Below, piece after piece: positions 54,591 through 64,000 of a DNA stretch of 64,000 nucleotides. The stretch covers positions 548,040 through 612,039 of the forward strand of contig CAVTMO010000017.1 of the NCBI GenBank assembly GCA_963735875.1, read 5' to 3'. Each line of letters starts with the position of its first letter. The first letter of the stretch is position 1. The translations under genes were made by a program, and so were the position numbers. This stretch comes from an uncultured Acidobacteriota bacterium (GTDB lineage: Bacteria; Acidobacteriota; Vicinamibacteria; Vicinamibacterales; UBA2999). A model generated the notes under the pieces. That model was given only the letters and a program-made list of their open reading frames with translations. It searched no databases and was not told the origin of the DNA.

Positions 54591-57384
54591 ATGTTCAGAC
54601 TGTCTACGCTCTGCCTGACGGCCGCGCTCACGGCCGCCCTGGCCATGCCGGCGTTCGCGCAGCCGGCGCAGACCGGCACCATTGCCGGCGTCGTGCAGGA
54701 CGCCAGCGGCGGCGTGCTGCCCGGCGTCACCGTGACCATCACCAGCCAGGAACGCGGCTTCGTCCGCTCGGCCATCTCCGACGAGCAGGGCCGTTTCGTC
54801 TTCGGCGCGGTCTCGATCGGCAACTACACGGTGGAGGCGACGCTCGCGGGCTTCGCCCCCATGCGCCTCACCGACAACCTGGTCGAGACCGAGAAGACCA
54901 CGACCGTGTCAATTCCCATGCGCGTGGGCGGGCTCACCGACACCGTCACGGTCACCGGTGAGACGCCAATCGTCGACCTGACCAACGTGACGGCCAACAC
55001 CCGCCTCCGCCGGGAAGAGTTCGAGCGCCTGCCGGTCGGCCGGAGCTATCAGGCCCTGGTCGAGGCGTCGCCCGGGGTCGTCGGCGGGACGGCCTTGACC
55101 GGCAACTCCAACGTCAACGCCCTCGGCGCCCCGAACAACGCCAACCTCTACGTCATGGATTCGGTCGACACGACCGATCCGACCACCGGCACGTTCGGCG
55201 CCAACCTCAACTTCGAGGCGATCCAGGAAGTGTCGGTCTCGACCTCGGCGGTGTCGGTCGAGTACGGCCGCGGCCAGGGGGCGATCATCAACGTCATCAC
55301 CAAGTCGGGCACCAACCGGTTCGAGGGCTCGGCCAAGTACATCGCCATCAACGACCAGTGGGACGAGCAGAACTCGACCGAGAGCGAGACCACCGGTCTG
55401 TCGCTGGCGCGCGTGAAGTTCGACAAGGTCAACCCGGCCTACAGCTTCACCCTGGGCGGGCCGATCTGGCGCGACCGTGCCTGGTTCTTCGGCGCCTACG
55501 AGTACGCGACCAACACCACCCCGCAGCGCCAGACCCCGGGACCGATTCCCGAGGACTACCAGCAGTCCACCGAGAACAACTTCATGAACGTCCGCGGCAC
55601 GCTGCAGATCGCCGAAGGCCACCAGGCCTGGGTGAAGTACTTCCGCTCGCCCACCGACGGCTTCATCATCGACTACTGGGGCGCGACCACGCCGGCCGGC
55701 GAGCTCGAGGCGCTGACCGCGCAGAACCAGTCGAGCGACTCGTGGGCGGCGCAGTGGACCGGCGTCTTCCGCGGCAATCTGGCGGTGGAGGCGGCGTTCG
55801 GCACCTACTCCTCGCTCATCGACGTGACCACCTACGAGGCGGGACGCATCGGCTCGAACGCGCCGGTGCAGGCGCAAGCCGACAACCGTTTCTACAACGG
55901 CGCGAGCTTCGACGGCTACGTCAATCGTCCCCGCCAGCAGTTCAACGTCGCCGGCACGTACTTCTTCAACATGGGCTCGCGCAGCCACAACGTCAAGGCC
56001 GGCTTCGACTACCAGACCGTGGATTCGGGGTCGCTCTTCAACTACCCCACCAGCCAGTATTTCGTGGCCGAGTCGTTCAACCAGGCGGCCGGCACGTTCG
56101 TGCCGCTCTTCCGCCGCGACTACGAGTCGGGGCCTTCGACCTCGAAGGGCAAGAACTACGCGTTCTACCTGCGCGACAAGTTCGACCTGACCAGCCGGCT
56201 CTTCGTCGAGGCCGGCGTCCGGTTCGAGCACCAGACCGGGACCAGCGACCTGGGCGCCGACACGGTCGACACCACCGAGCTGGCGCCGCGAATCGCCGCC
56301 AGCTGGGACGTGTCGGGCGACGGCAAGAGCCTCATCACCGGCAGCTTCGGCCGCTTCTACACCGGCATCATCCAGAGCTTCTCCGACGGCTTCGCCGGCG
56401 TGCCGCAGCAGCAGAACTACGACAACTTCGCCTGGAACGGCTCGAGCTACGTCTTCCAGAACAGCGTCCGGGTCGGCGGCTCCACGTTCCAGCCGAATCC
56501 CGAGCTCGACCCGTCGTACCTCGACGAGTGGACCATCGGCGCGCAGCGGCAGTTCGGCCGCAGCATGGCCGCGAGTGTCCGCTACATCGCCCGTGAATGG
56601 AACGACCTCATCGACGACATCCGCACCATCAACCCGGACCTGTCGGTCAACCGGGTCGTCGACAACTACGACGCCGCCGAGCGGCAGTACCGCGGCGTCC
56701 AGGGCACCTTCGAGAAGCGGTTCGCGAGCAACTGGAACCTGGGCAGCCAGCTACACCTACTCCAAGACCGAGGGCAACCACTTCGACGCCACGTTCACGC
56801 CGCTGGGTGACTACATCGACGCCCAGTGCCGCACCACCCTCGACGCGACCATCGGCACGGCCGGCGTGATCTCGTGCAACGAGGTCCAGAACGGCGCCAA
56901 CAAGTACGGCCGGCCGATCTACGACCGGCCGCACAACTTCAAGCTGAACGGCGCCTACGTGCGGCCGATCGGTCCGTTCAACCTGGCGGTCGGCGCGCTG
57001 GTCGAATCGGTGTCCAAGCGCCGCTACGAGAAGGTGCGCACGGTCAACGTGCTCACTCCCGGGGCGCTGACCAACTTCGGGCCGACGGCGACCTACTTCT
57101 ACAACGAGCGCGGCGAAGACGCGCTCGAAGGGATGCAGTGGTACATCGACAACTCGATCGAGTTCATCTGGCGGGCTCCGGGCAGCACCCAGATCGGGAT
57201 GAAGGGCGAGGTCTTCAACCTGACCAACCGCGAGGAGAAGATCATCTCGAACAACACCGCGTTCTGCGGCGCGACCGCCAACCAGGCGTGCACCGACGCG
57301 GTGAACAACTACGGCAAGGCCACGGCGCGCGGCTCGTTCCAGACGCCGCGGCAGTTCCGGATCTCGGCCATCTTCCGCTTCTAG
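54591..57384 (+). pseudogene. TonB-dependent receptor-like outer-membrane protein with carboxypeptidase-regulatory-like domain, one frame break at about 56745
   Basis: Signal peptide MFRLSTLCLTAALTAALAMPAFAQ. GTIAGVVQDASGGVLPGVTVTITSQERGF...GRFVFGAVSIGNYTV. ...FEKRFASNWNLG continues as ASYTYSKTEGNHF... (ORF 56575..57384), ending QFRISAIFRF-TAG. Confidence 0.8.
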
Positions 57385-57522
57385 GGGCTGGGGACTGGGG
57401 GCTGGGGACTAGGGCTCGTCACGAGCTGCCGGTCTCTACGCGACCCGAACGTACAAAGGGCCGGGCGAATCGCCCGGCCCTTTGTGTTCGTGACCCGCCC
57501 CAGTCACCCAGCCCCTAGCCCC
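57382..57522. repeat. paired G-tract / C-tract arm element C enclosing a bidirectional terminator
   Basis: Left arm taggggctggggactgggggctggggactagggc (57382-57415), which starts with the TAG stop of the receptor gene. Right arm gccccagtcacccagcccctagcccc (57497-57522). 81-nt unrelated core. Confidence 0.8.
57455..57483. terminator. bidirectional rho-independent terminator between convergent receptor and rng genes
   Basis: aaa-gggccgggcg-aat-cgcccggccc-ttt. Perfect 10-bp stem flanked by an A-run and a T-run. Confidence 0.7.
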
Positions 57523-57598
57523 GCAGTTCGACGTGATGTCGACACGCGCTTGAGGCCGCGCAGCGGCTTACCCCCCAATTGACATCACGTCGAACTGC
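57523..57598 (-). other. 18-bp perfect inverted repeat spanning the rng stop codon region
   Basis: gcagttcgacgtgatgtc (57523-57540) is the exact reverse complement of gacatcacgtcgaactgc (57581-57598). The latter encodes the last residues ...EQFDVM of rng. 40-nt loop contains the TAA stop. Confidence 0.85.
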
Positions 57599-59200
57599 TC
57601 GTGGTGCAGCTGCACGTCGGGCTTGACGATCACGTCCTTGCCGAGGGTCTGCTTGAGGTCACGCAGCACGCCGCGCTCCTCGTCCTTGAGCGCGCGGGCG
57701 ATGTCGGGGTTGACCCGCAGCAGCACGCCCAGGCCGTCGAGGTCGGGGCCGAGCTTCTTCACCTCGGTCAGGATCTCGTAGCACACGGTGGAGCTCGACT
57801 TGATCGTGCCGGTGCCCGAGCAATACGGGCACGGCTCGGTGAGCGTGCGCTCGAGGCTCTGCTTGACGCGCTTGCGGGTGACGATGACCAGGCCGAAGTC
57901 CGAGACCTGCAGCGCCTTGGAGGGTGAGCGGTCGCGCCGCAGCTCGTGCTCGACCGCCTGGAACACTTTCTGGCGGTTCTTCTTCTCCTCCATGTCGATG
58001 AAGTCGAGCACGATGATGCCGCCCAGGTCGCGCAGCCGGATCTGGCGGACGATCTCCTTCGCCGCCTCGAGGTTGGTCTTGATGATCGTGTCCTCGAGCC
58101 GGCCGGCGGTCTTCTTGCCGACGTAGCGCCCGGTGTTGACGTCGATGGCGACCAGCGCCTCGGTCTGGTTGATGACGATCGAGCCGCCCGACTTGAGCCA
58201 GACCTTGCTCTTCAGCGCCTTGTCGAGCTCCGACTGCACGCCGTACTCCTCGAAGATCGGAAACGGCTTGTCGTGCAGCTTCACCCGGGCGGACATCCCG
58301 GGCATGATCCGGTCGAGCAGCTCGACGATGCGGGCGTGCTCGCGCGTGTCGTCGATGCGGATGGCCGTGTAGTCGTCGGTCAGCAGGTCGCGCAGGAGCT
58401 TGGCCACCAGGCTCGCCTCGCGGAAGACGACCGCCGGCGCCCGGCTCGACTCCGACTTCTGCCGCATCTCGGTCCAGACGCGGTGGAAGTACTGGAGGTC
58501 GGAGACGATGTCCTCCTTGGGTCGGCTCTCGGCGGCCGTGCGGATGATCACGCCGCCGCCGAACTGGTGCTGGCCGCGGAACTCCTTGACGATGCCGCGC
58601 AGCCGGTTGCGCTCCTCACGCGTCGAGATCTTGCGCGACACCCCGACGTGGTCGACGGTGGGCATGAAGACCAGAAAGCGGCCGGGCATCGTGACGTGCG
58701 AGGTGAGGCGCGCGCCCTTGGTGCCGAGCGGCTCCTTGGCCACCTGCACGATGATGTCCTGCCCGTCCTTGACCAGCTCCTCGATCTTGGGTTCCGGGCC
58801 CTTGTCGCGGTCGCCGCGATCGCGGCCGCGTCCGCCGCGGCCGCGGCGCTCGGCGCCATTGGCGGCCGGCTCGGCCGCCACTTCGGCGGCGCCGCTGCCC
58901 ACCGCCGGCGGCGGCCGGCGCCGGTGCCTCGTCGTCCTCGTCGTCGCCGCTCAACCGCTCGAACTCCTCCATCGTGTTGACGACGTCGGAGACGTAGAGG
59001 AACCCGTCGCGCTCGAGGCCGAGGTCGACAAACGCCGACTGCATGCCAGGCAGCACCTTGGAGACCCGGCCCTTGTAGACGTTGCCGACCACGCCTCGAT
59101 TGCGTTCGCGCTCGACGAAGACCTCGGCGAGCAGGTCGTCCTCGAGGATGGCCACGCGGGTCTCGTGGCCGTTGGTCGCGATGATCATTTCCTTGGTCAT
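57568..59200 (-). pseudogene. rng: ribonuclease G / E family (Rne/Rng) endoribonuclease, one frame break at about 58900
   Basis: N-terminal S1 domain GNVYKGRVSKVLPGMQSAFVDLG (ORF 58616..59200). ...DDEDDEAPAPAAAGG continues as GSGAAEVAAEPA...IVQVAKEPLGTKGARLT...VAIDVNTG...GGIIVLDFIDM...CPYCSGTG (ORF 57568..58902). Confidence 0.85.
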
Positions 59201-59216
59201 GCGGATCCGTATCCCA

Positions 59217-60302
59217 TCAATTGGTGAAGCGGCGCATCTTGACGCCGAGAATGAGGCCGAAGCCGGCCAGGGTGGCGATCATCGAGGAGCCGCCGTAGCT
59301 CATGAGCGGCAGCGTGAGCCCCTTGACCGGCGCCAGTCCCGCCGACATGGTGATGTTGTAGACGACCTGGAAGGTGAAGCAGGACAGGACGCCGAGGACG
59401 AGGAACGTGCCGACGCGATCCTTCGAGAGCCGCGCCGCGTCGAGCGAGCGCATGATGACGAAGAGGTAGAGCGCCAGGGCCACCACGACGCCGGCGAACC
59501 CCTGTTCCTCGGCGAGCACCGAGAAGATGAAGTCGTTGTGGGCCACGGGCAGGAAGCGAAGCTGGCCCTGAGTGCCCTGCATGAAGCCCTTGCCGGTCAC
59601 GCCGCCCGACCCCACGGTGATGCGCGCCTGGATCTGCTGGTAGCCGGCGCCGCGCGAATCCTGCTCGGGGTCGAGGAAGGTCACGATGCGCGATTTCTGG
59701 TAGTCCTCGAGGGCGAATGTCCAGGCGATCGGCGCCAGCACCACGGCGATCAGGGCGCCGATGGCCAGATAGCGCATCGACAGGCCGGCCGCGAAGACAA
59801 TTGCGCCGAACACCGGCAGCAGGGTGACCGCGGTGCCGAGATCGGGCTGCCGGGCGATGAGCACGAGCGGCACGAGCGTGAGGACGGCGGCCAGGAACAG
59901 GTCCTGGTTCGACAGCTCAGCGCGCCGGCTCTCGCCGAGGAGCTTGGCCAGCACCAGGGCGACACCCGCCTTGACGAACTCCGACGGCTGCAGGTTGAAG
60001 ACGCCGAGGTCGAGCCACCGCCGCGAGCCGCCGCGCACCGCCCCGAACAGCAGCACGGCGAGCAGCGCGACGAGCATCGCCAGATAGATCCAATGGGCCT
60101 TGTCGACCAGGGATCGATAGTCGACCGCCAGACACAGGACCAGGCCGACGAGCCCCAGGCCGATGGCGTAGATCTGCGTCCAGTACTCGCGGCTGGCGCC
60201 GCCGGTCGTGCTGAAGATCATCGCCACGCCCAGCGCGGTGAGCGCCAGGACAGCCGCCAGCAGCGGCCAGTCGAGGTGGGAGGAGAGCCGGCGCTCGAAC
60301 AC
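59217..60302 (-). CDS. rodA: rod shape-determining protein RodA (SEDS family)
   Basis: FtsW/RodA/SpoVE pattern LQPSEFVK...TDFIFSVLAEEQGF...LTLPLMSYGGSS. Follows mrdA. Confidence 0.9.
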   Translation of the reverse strand: MFERRLSSHLDWPLLAAVLALTALGVAMIFSTTGGASREYWTQIYAIGLGLVGLVLCLAVDYRSLVDKAHWIYLAMLVALLAVLLFGAVRGGSRRWLDLGVFNLQPSEFVKAGVALVLAKLLGESRRAELSNQDLFLAAVLTLVPLVLIARQPDLGTAVTLLPVFGAIVFAAGLSMRYLAIGALIAVVLAPIAWTFALEDYQKSRIVTFLDPEQDSRGAGYQQIQARITVGSGGVTGKGFMQGTQGQLRFLPVAHNDFIFSVLAEEQGFAGVVVALALYLFVIMRSLDAARLSKDRVGTFLVLGVLSCFTFQVVYNITMSAGLAPVKGLTLPLMSYGGSSMIATLAGFGLILGVKMRRFTN

Positions 60303-60305
60303 GCG

Positions 60306-62303
60306 TTATCTTTCGGTCGCGCCGGCCCCGGGTCGCGTAGTCGGTGCCGGCGTTGGCGGCACGGCGGGCGCGGTGGTGGCGGGCGCAGCCGGCGCCGGTC
60401 GGGTCGATGGGGTCGCGCCGCCCGCCACGCGGGTCGCGGCGGGCGCGGCGGCGGGCAGCGGCGGCAGCTCGGGCAGCGGCCGGCCCTCCTTGCGCGCGTA
60501 GTAGGTCTCGATGATGTGTTTGGCGATCGGCGCCGCCAGGTAGCCGTGCTCGGAATGCTCGGCGAAGATCACCCCGGCCAGCTCCGGGTTGTCGCGCGGG
60601 ACCATGAAGACGAACCAGCCGTGGTCGCGCAGGTCCTTGCCGCTGCCGCGGGCCCGTTCGCGGCCCTGGATCGAGATCACCTGCGCCGTCCCGGTCTTGC
60701 CGGCGACGTCGCGGCCGGCCAGGCGGGCCCGGCCCGCGGTGCCGGCACCGTTGACGGCGAGCCACAGCCCGTCGTGGATCGCCGAGACCGTCGCCGGCTT
60801 GAGCGTGACCGGCGACCGGACCTGCGGCGACGACACCGGCTGCCAGGGCATGCCGGGGCCATCGGCAGTGGCGCGCACGAGTCGTGGCGCCACGCGGGCG
60901 CCGCTGGCCACCGAGGCCATCATCACCGCCATCGACATCGGCGTGACCGAGACCTGCCCCTGCCCGATCGCCACCGAGATCGTCTCGCCGGCGTACCAGC
61001 GCTCGCCGTAGCGCTGCTGCTTCCACGCCGTGGACGGCATGATGTTCTCGACCTCGTTGGGCAGGTCGATCCCGGTCTTCCCGGCCAATCCGAGGCGCTC
61101 GGCCCATTTGTGGATGCGGTCGACGCCGAGCAGGTTCCCGGCCGTGTAGAAGTAGACGTTGCACGACTTCTCGATCGCGTGCCGCATGTCCATCCAGCCG
61201 TGGCCGCCGGCGAGGTGGCACTTGAACCAGCGGCCGTGGAAGTTGGCGCCGCCCGGGCAGAACACCTTGGTGTCGGGCGTCATGACGCCCTCTTCGAGCG
61301 CCGCGGTCCCGACCACGATCTTGAAGGTCGAGCCGGGGGAGTACCGGCCCTGGATGGCGCGGTTCTGGAGCGGACGCAGCTCGTCGGTGTTCAGCGACTG
61401 CCACGTCGCCCGGTCGATGCCCGAGGCGAACGCGTTCGGATCGTAGGCCGGCAGGCTCACCATGGTGAGCACGTCGCCGCTGGTCGGTTCGAGGACCGCC
61501 GCCGATCCCCAATAGCCGTAGTGGCGGAAGGCCTCTTCCGCCGCGCGCTGCATCGCCGCATCCAGAGTCACCTGGATCCGGCGGCCCTCCACCGGCGGCT
61601 CCTCGTCGAGCGTGCGAATTTCGCGGCCCACGCTGTTGACCACGACGCGGCGGGCGCCGTCCTCGCCCATCAGCACCTTGTTGTAGGTGCGTTCGAGCCC
61701 CGACTGCCCGATGACGGTTCCCGAGGGCACGCCGACGTAACCCATCTGCTGCTCGCTCGCCTCGCCCACGTAGCCGAGCAGGTGCGCCCCCAGCGCCTGC
61801 GCCGGATAGCGGCGCGTCGGCACCTGCTGGACCACCACGTCGGGCAGCTCGAAGTCGAGACGGCGGGCGGTGACGGCCGCGACCTGTGCGAGCGACGCGT
61901 CCTGCACCATCACCACCGGGCGGTAGCTGGGCTCGCGGCGGTGGCGCTCGACGTTCTCACGCAGCTCCTGCTCGTCGCGGCCGGTGACCTCGGCCAGCAG
62001 CCGCACGGTGCGGTCGAGGTCGCGCGAGTGCTCGCGCATGATCGAGATGTTGAACGAGGCCCGGTTCTCGACCAGCACCTCGCCGTGGCGGTCGAAGATC
62101 ACCCCGCGCGGTGCCCGCAGCGGCAGCGTGCGCTGGTGGTTGTTCTCGGCCATCTCCTTGAACTTGGCGTGCTGGAAGATCTGGAAGTACCAGAACCCGC
62201 ACAGGAGGAGGGCAAAGGCCGTGAAGACGGCGGCGCGGAGGATCCCGACCCGCGCCTGGAGGCGGCGGCGGTCCTCGGTCGCGGACATGCTGGTGATGCG
62301 CAT
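60306..62303 (-). CDS. mrdA: penicillin-binding protein 2 (elongasome transpeptidase)
   Basis: PBP dimerisation plus transpeptidase motifs SPGSTFK, SCN (EKSCNVYF), KTGTAQ. Pro/Ala/Thr-rich C-terminal tail. Confidence 0.9.
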   Translation of the reverse strand: MRITSMSATEDRRRLQARVGILRAAVFTAFALLLCGFWYFQIFQHAKFKEMAENNHQRTLPLRAPRGVIFDRHGEVLVENRASFNISIMREHSRDLDRTVRLLAEVTGRDEQELRENVERHRREPSYRPVVMVQDASLAQVAAVTARRLDFELPDVVVQQVPTRRYPAQALGAHLLGYVGEASEQQMGYVGVPSGTVIGQSGLERTYNKVLMGEDGARRVVVNSVGREIRTLDEEPPVEGRRIQVTLDAAMQRAAEEAFRHYGYWGSAAVLEPTSGDVLTMVSLPAYDPNAFASGIDRATWQSLNTDELRPLQNRAIQGRYSPGSTFKIVVGTAALEEGVMTPDTKVFCPGGANFHGRWFKCHLAGGHGWMDMRHAIEKSCNVYFYTAGNLLGVDRIHKWAERLGLAGKTGIDLPNEVENIMPSTAWKQQRYGERWYAGETISVAIGQGQVSVTPMSMAVMMASVASGARVAPRLVRATADGPGMPWQPVSSPQVRSPVTLKPATVSAIHDGLWLAVNGAGTAGRARLAGRDVAGKTGTAQVISIQGRERARGSGKDLRDHGWFVFMVPRDNPELAGVIFAEHSEHGYLAAPIAKHIIETYYARKEGRPLPELPPLPAAAPAATRVAGGATPSTRPAPAAPATTAPAVPPTPAPTTRPGAGATER

Positions 62304-62335
62304 CTGCTACGCCGTATCTCCCAGATTATCGGCTC

Positions 62336-62845
62336 TCACCGCTTCACCCGCATCCCCCGATTCGCCCGTCGCCGCTCGACCACTCTCGGGATGGCCTCGA
62401 CGGCCCGCACCCCGACCACCCCGACCACCGCGTTGCCGACGGCCTGGGCCGCCACGGCCGCCATCGGGTCGGGAAACGACCGCAGCCCCAGCAGGGAGTA
62501 GAGGCCCATGAAGAGCAGCGCATGAGCGGCGGTGGCCGCCGCGAACACCAGGAGGCGGGGCACCGTCGCGGTCACGATGAACTGGGTGGCGAACCGCCCG
62601 GCGGCGAACCCGACGAGGGTCTTGGCCAGCCCCCCCATCCCGAGAATACCGGAGGACAAGGCGTCCTGGATCAGCCCGCCGACGGTGCCGGCCAGCAGCC
62701 CGGTGACTGGCCCGAAGGCCAGGGCGGCCGCCACGACCACGACCAGGACGAGGTCTACCGGCAGGACGCGCAGGACGGTCCCGGTGATCGTCGTCTGCAG
62801 GACCAGCGCCACCGTCAGGGCCGCCACGATTCCCAGAAACCTCAC
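62336..62845 (-). CDS. mreD: rod shape-determining protein MreD
   Basis: GTG 62845 overlaps the mreC TGA. 169-aa polytopic membrane protein at the canonical position after mreC. Confidence 0.75.
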   Translation of the reverse strand: MRFLGIVAALTVALVLQTTITGTVLRVLPVDLVLVVVVAAALAFGPVTGLLAGTVGGLIQDALSSGILGMGGLAKTLVGFAAGRFATQFIVTATVPRLLVFAAATAAHALLFMGLYSLLGLRSFPDPMAAVAAQAVGNAVVGVVGVRAVEAIPRVVERRRANRGMRVKR

Positions 62846-63675
62846 TTGGTCGCCCCGGCCGGTGGAGCGGCCAGCACGACCAGCACCTCCTCGAGCCTCG
62901 AGAAGTCCACGGCCGGCCGCACGCTGATGACATGGTACAGGCCGTCGCCACGCTCCACCCGCTCGACGGTGCCGACGGCGAAGCCCTTGGGGTAGAGCCC
63001 GTCGATGCCCGACGTCACGATCTGGTCGCCGGCGACGACATCGCCGGTCGTGGCGACGTAGTCCATGCGCAGCGTGCCGTCGCCCACGCCCACCACCACG
63101 CCCTGGACCCGCGTGCGCTCGACCAGCGCGCCGGCCGCGGCGTTGCGGTCGATGAGCAACTGGACGAGCGAGGCGCGGGCGCTGGGCAGGGTGATCCGGC
63201 CGACGACCCCGGCCGGGGCGAGCACGGCGAGATTCGCCGCCAGCCCGTCGCCGGTGCCTTTGTCGATGGTCACGGTGCGGAACTCGGGGCTGGCGCCCGT
63301 GCCGATCACCTCGGCGCCGGTGGTGGCGAGCGCCGTCCGCGCGCGGAACTCGAGAAGCCGCCGGAACGACTCGGCGCGCTCGGCGGCGACCCGTTCCTGC
63401 TGCAGGACCACCTTGAGATCCCCGAGCTCGCCGCGGAGCGCCTCGTTTTCGGCGCGGACCCGCCGCAAGTCCAGATAGCCTTCCCACCAGGATCGCAGGC
63501 TGCCGCCCGCCCCCGACGCGCCGCGCTGCGCCTCGGCGACGCCTCCGAAGACCACGGAGTGGAACACGGTCACGCCGGTCTGGGTCGTGACCTGCAGCGA
63601 GATGAGGGCCACGTGCAGGGCGACCGCCGCGCCGAGCAGGATGCCGGGCCGTTGACCGATGTCCGCGAGGGCCAT
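62842..63675 (-). CDS. mreC: rod shape-determining protein MreC
   Basis: N-terminal TM, coiled-coil ENEALRGELGDLK, beta-barrel domains ...VVGRITLPSARASLVQLLID...VTSGIDGLYPKGFAVG. Confidence 0.9.
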   Translation of the reverse strand: MALADIGQRPGILLGAAVALHVALISLQVTTQTGVTVFHSVVFGGVAEAQRGASGAGGSLRSWWEGYLDLRRVRAENEALRGELGDLKVVLQQERVAAERAESFRRLLEFRARTALATTGAEVIGTGASPEFRTVTIDKGTGDGLAANLAVLAPAGVVGRITLPSARASLVQLLIDRNAAAGALVERTRVQGVVVGVGDGTLRMDYVATTGDVVAGDQIVTSGIDGLYPKGFAVGTVERVERGDGLYHVISVRPAVDFSRLEEVLVVLAAPPAGATK

Positions 63676-63705
63676 CAGGGTGCGCGACCTTCGGTCGCTC
63701 GTTCA

Positions 63706-63732
63706 GGGACCGGGGACCGGGGACCGGGGGCC
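63706..63732 (+). repeat. G-tract array (GGGGACC heptads) in the mreB-mreC gap, on the strand opposite to transcription
   Basis: GGGACC GGGGACC GGGGACC GGGGGCC on the plus strand, 5 nt from the mreB TGA (63737). Same heptad as 26098-26133 but inverted relative to the genes. Confidence 0.8.
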
Positions 63733-63736
63733 ACGA

Positions 63737-64000
<264 letters not shown>

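Noticed and set aside
59082-62501. 1139-aa ORF on the plus strand across rodA and mrdA, and similar giants (27757..30444, 42679..44658, 46354..48690, 10291..12021, 15382..17298, 33873..34910, 35618..36955)
   Set aside because: All are mirror images of genes with strong family motifs on the other strand. Their products are Arg/Gly/His/Asp-rich and featureless. They are treated as GC-driven shadow ORFs.

Overview
Very GC-rich bacterial chromosomal segment with about 55 protein-coding genes. I found no rRNA, tRNA, CRISPR array, transposase, integrase or recognisable phage or defence genes. Three large CarboxypepD_reg-type TonB-dependent-receptor-like outer-membrane proteins, many secreted hydrolases and ECF sigma modules suggest an Acidobacteriota-like soil bacterium; this is inference only. 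All product calls come from motif recognition in the supplied translations, since no searches could be run.

Gene content:
- Cell shape: mreB-mreC-mreD-mrdA-rodA-rng cluster.
- Nucleoside salvage: deoA-punA-cdd, followed by mtnA-tsaD-NUDIX-HD.
- folE, and a DUF485-actP acetate uptake pair.
- An operon of thiolase, TtuC-like dehydrogenase, thiolase and Hbd.
- Two tandem ABC ATPase/permease pairs.
- A lone flp pilin plus prepilin peptidase.
- c-di-GMP-related pairs: HEAT protein with an HD-GYP protein, and a pseudo-receiver with a PilZ protein.
- An ECF sigma, anti-sigma and DUF4097 module.

Most interesting observations:
1. A 698-aa radical SAM enzyme has the domain and cysteine pattern of archaeal tetraether lipid synthase (Tes/GDGT-MAS). 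It sits behind a good sigma-54-type -24/-12 motif.
2. A family of intergenic elements is built from GGGG-NNN heptads. Three are paired G-arm/C-arm elements of 141-154 bp that enclose terminators and supply TAG stop codons and C-terminal residues to flanking genes. Three are single G-tract arrays placed exactly in intercistronic gaps. A second REP-like double-hairpin family (GTAGGGCGG...CCGCCCTAC) is also present.
3. Eleven reading-frame breaks occur in eight otherwise ordinary genes. All have the same net sign (+1), which looks more like a systematic insertion artefact than natural decay.
4. Several unusual RNA-structure contexts occur. An 18-bp perfect inverted repeat covers the rng stop region. 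A 14-bp stem sits on the SulP start codon. An intrinsic terminator lies 15 nt before a receptor gene's ATG.
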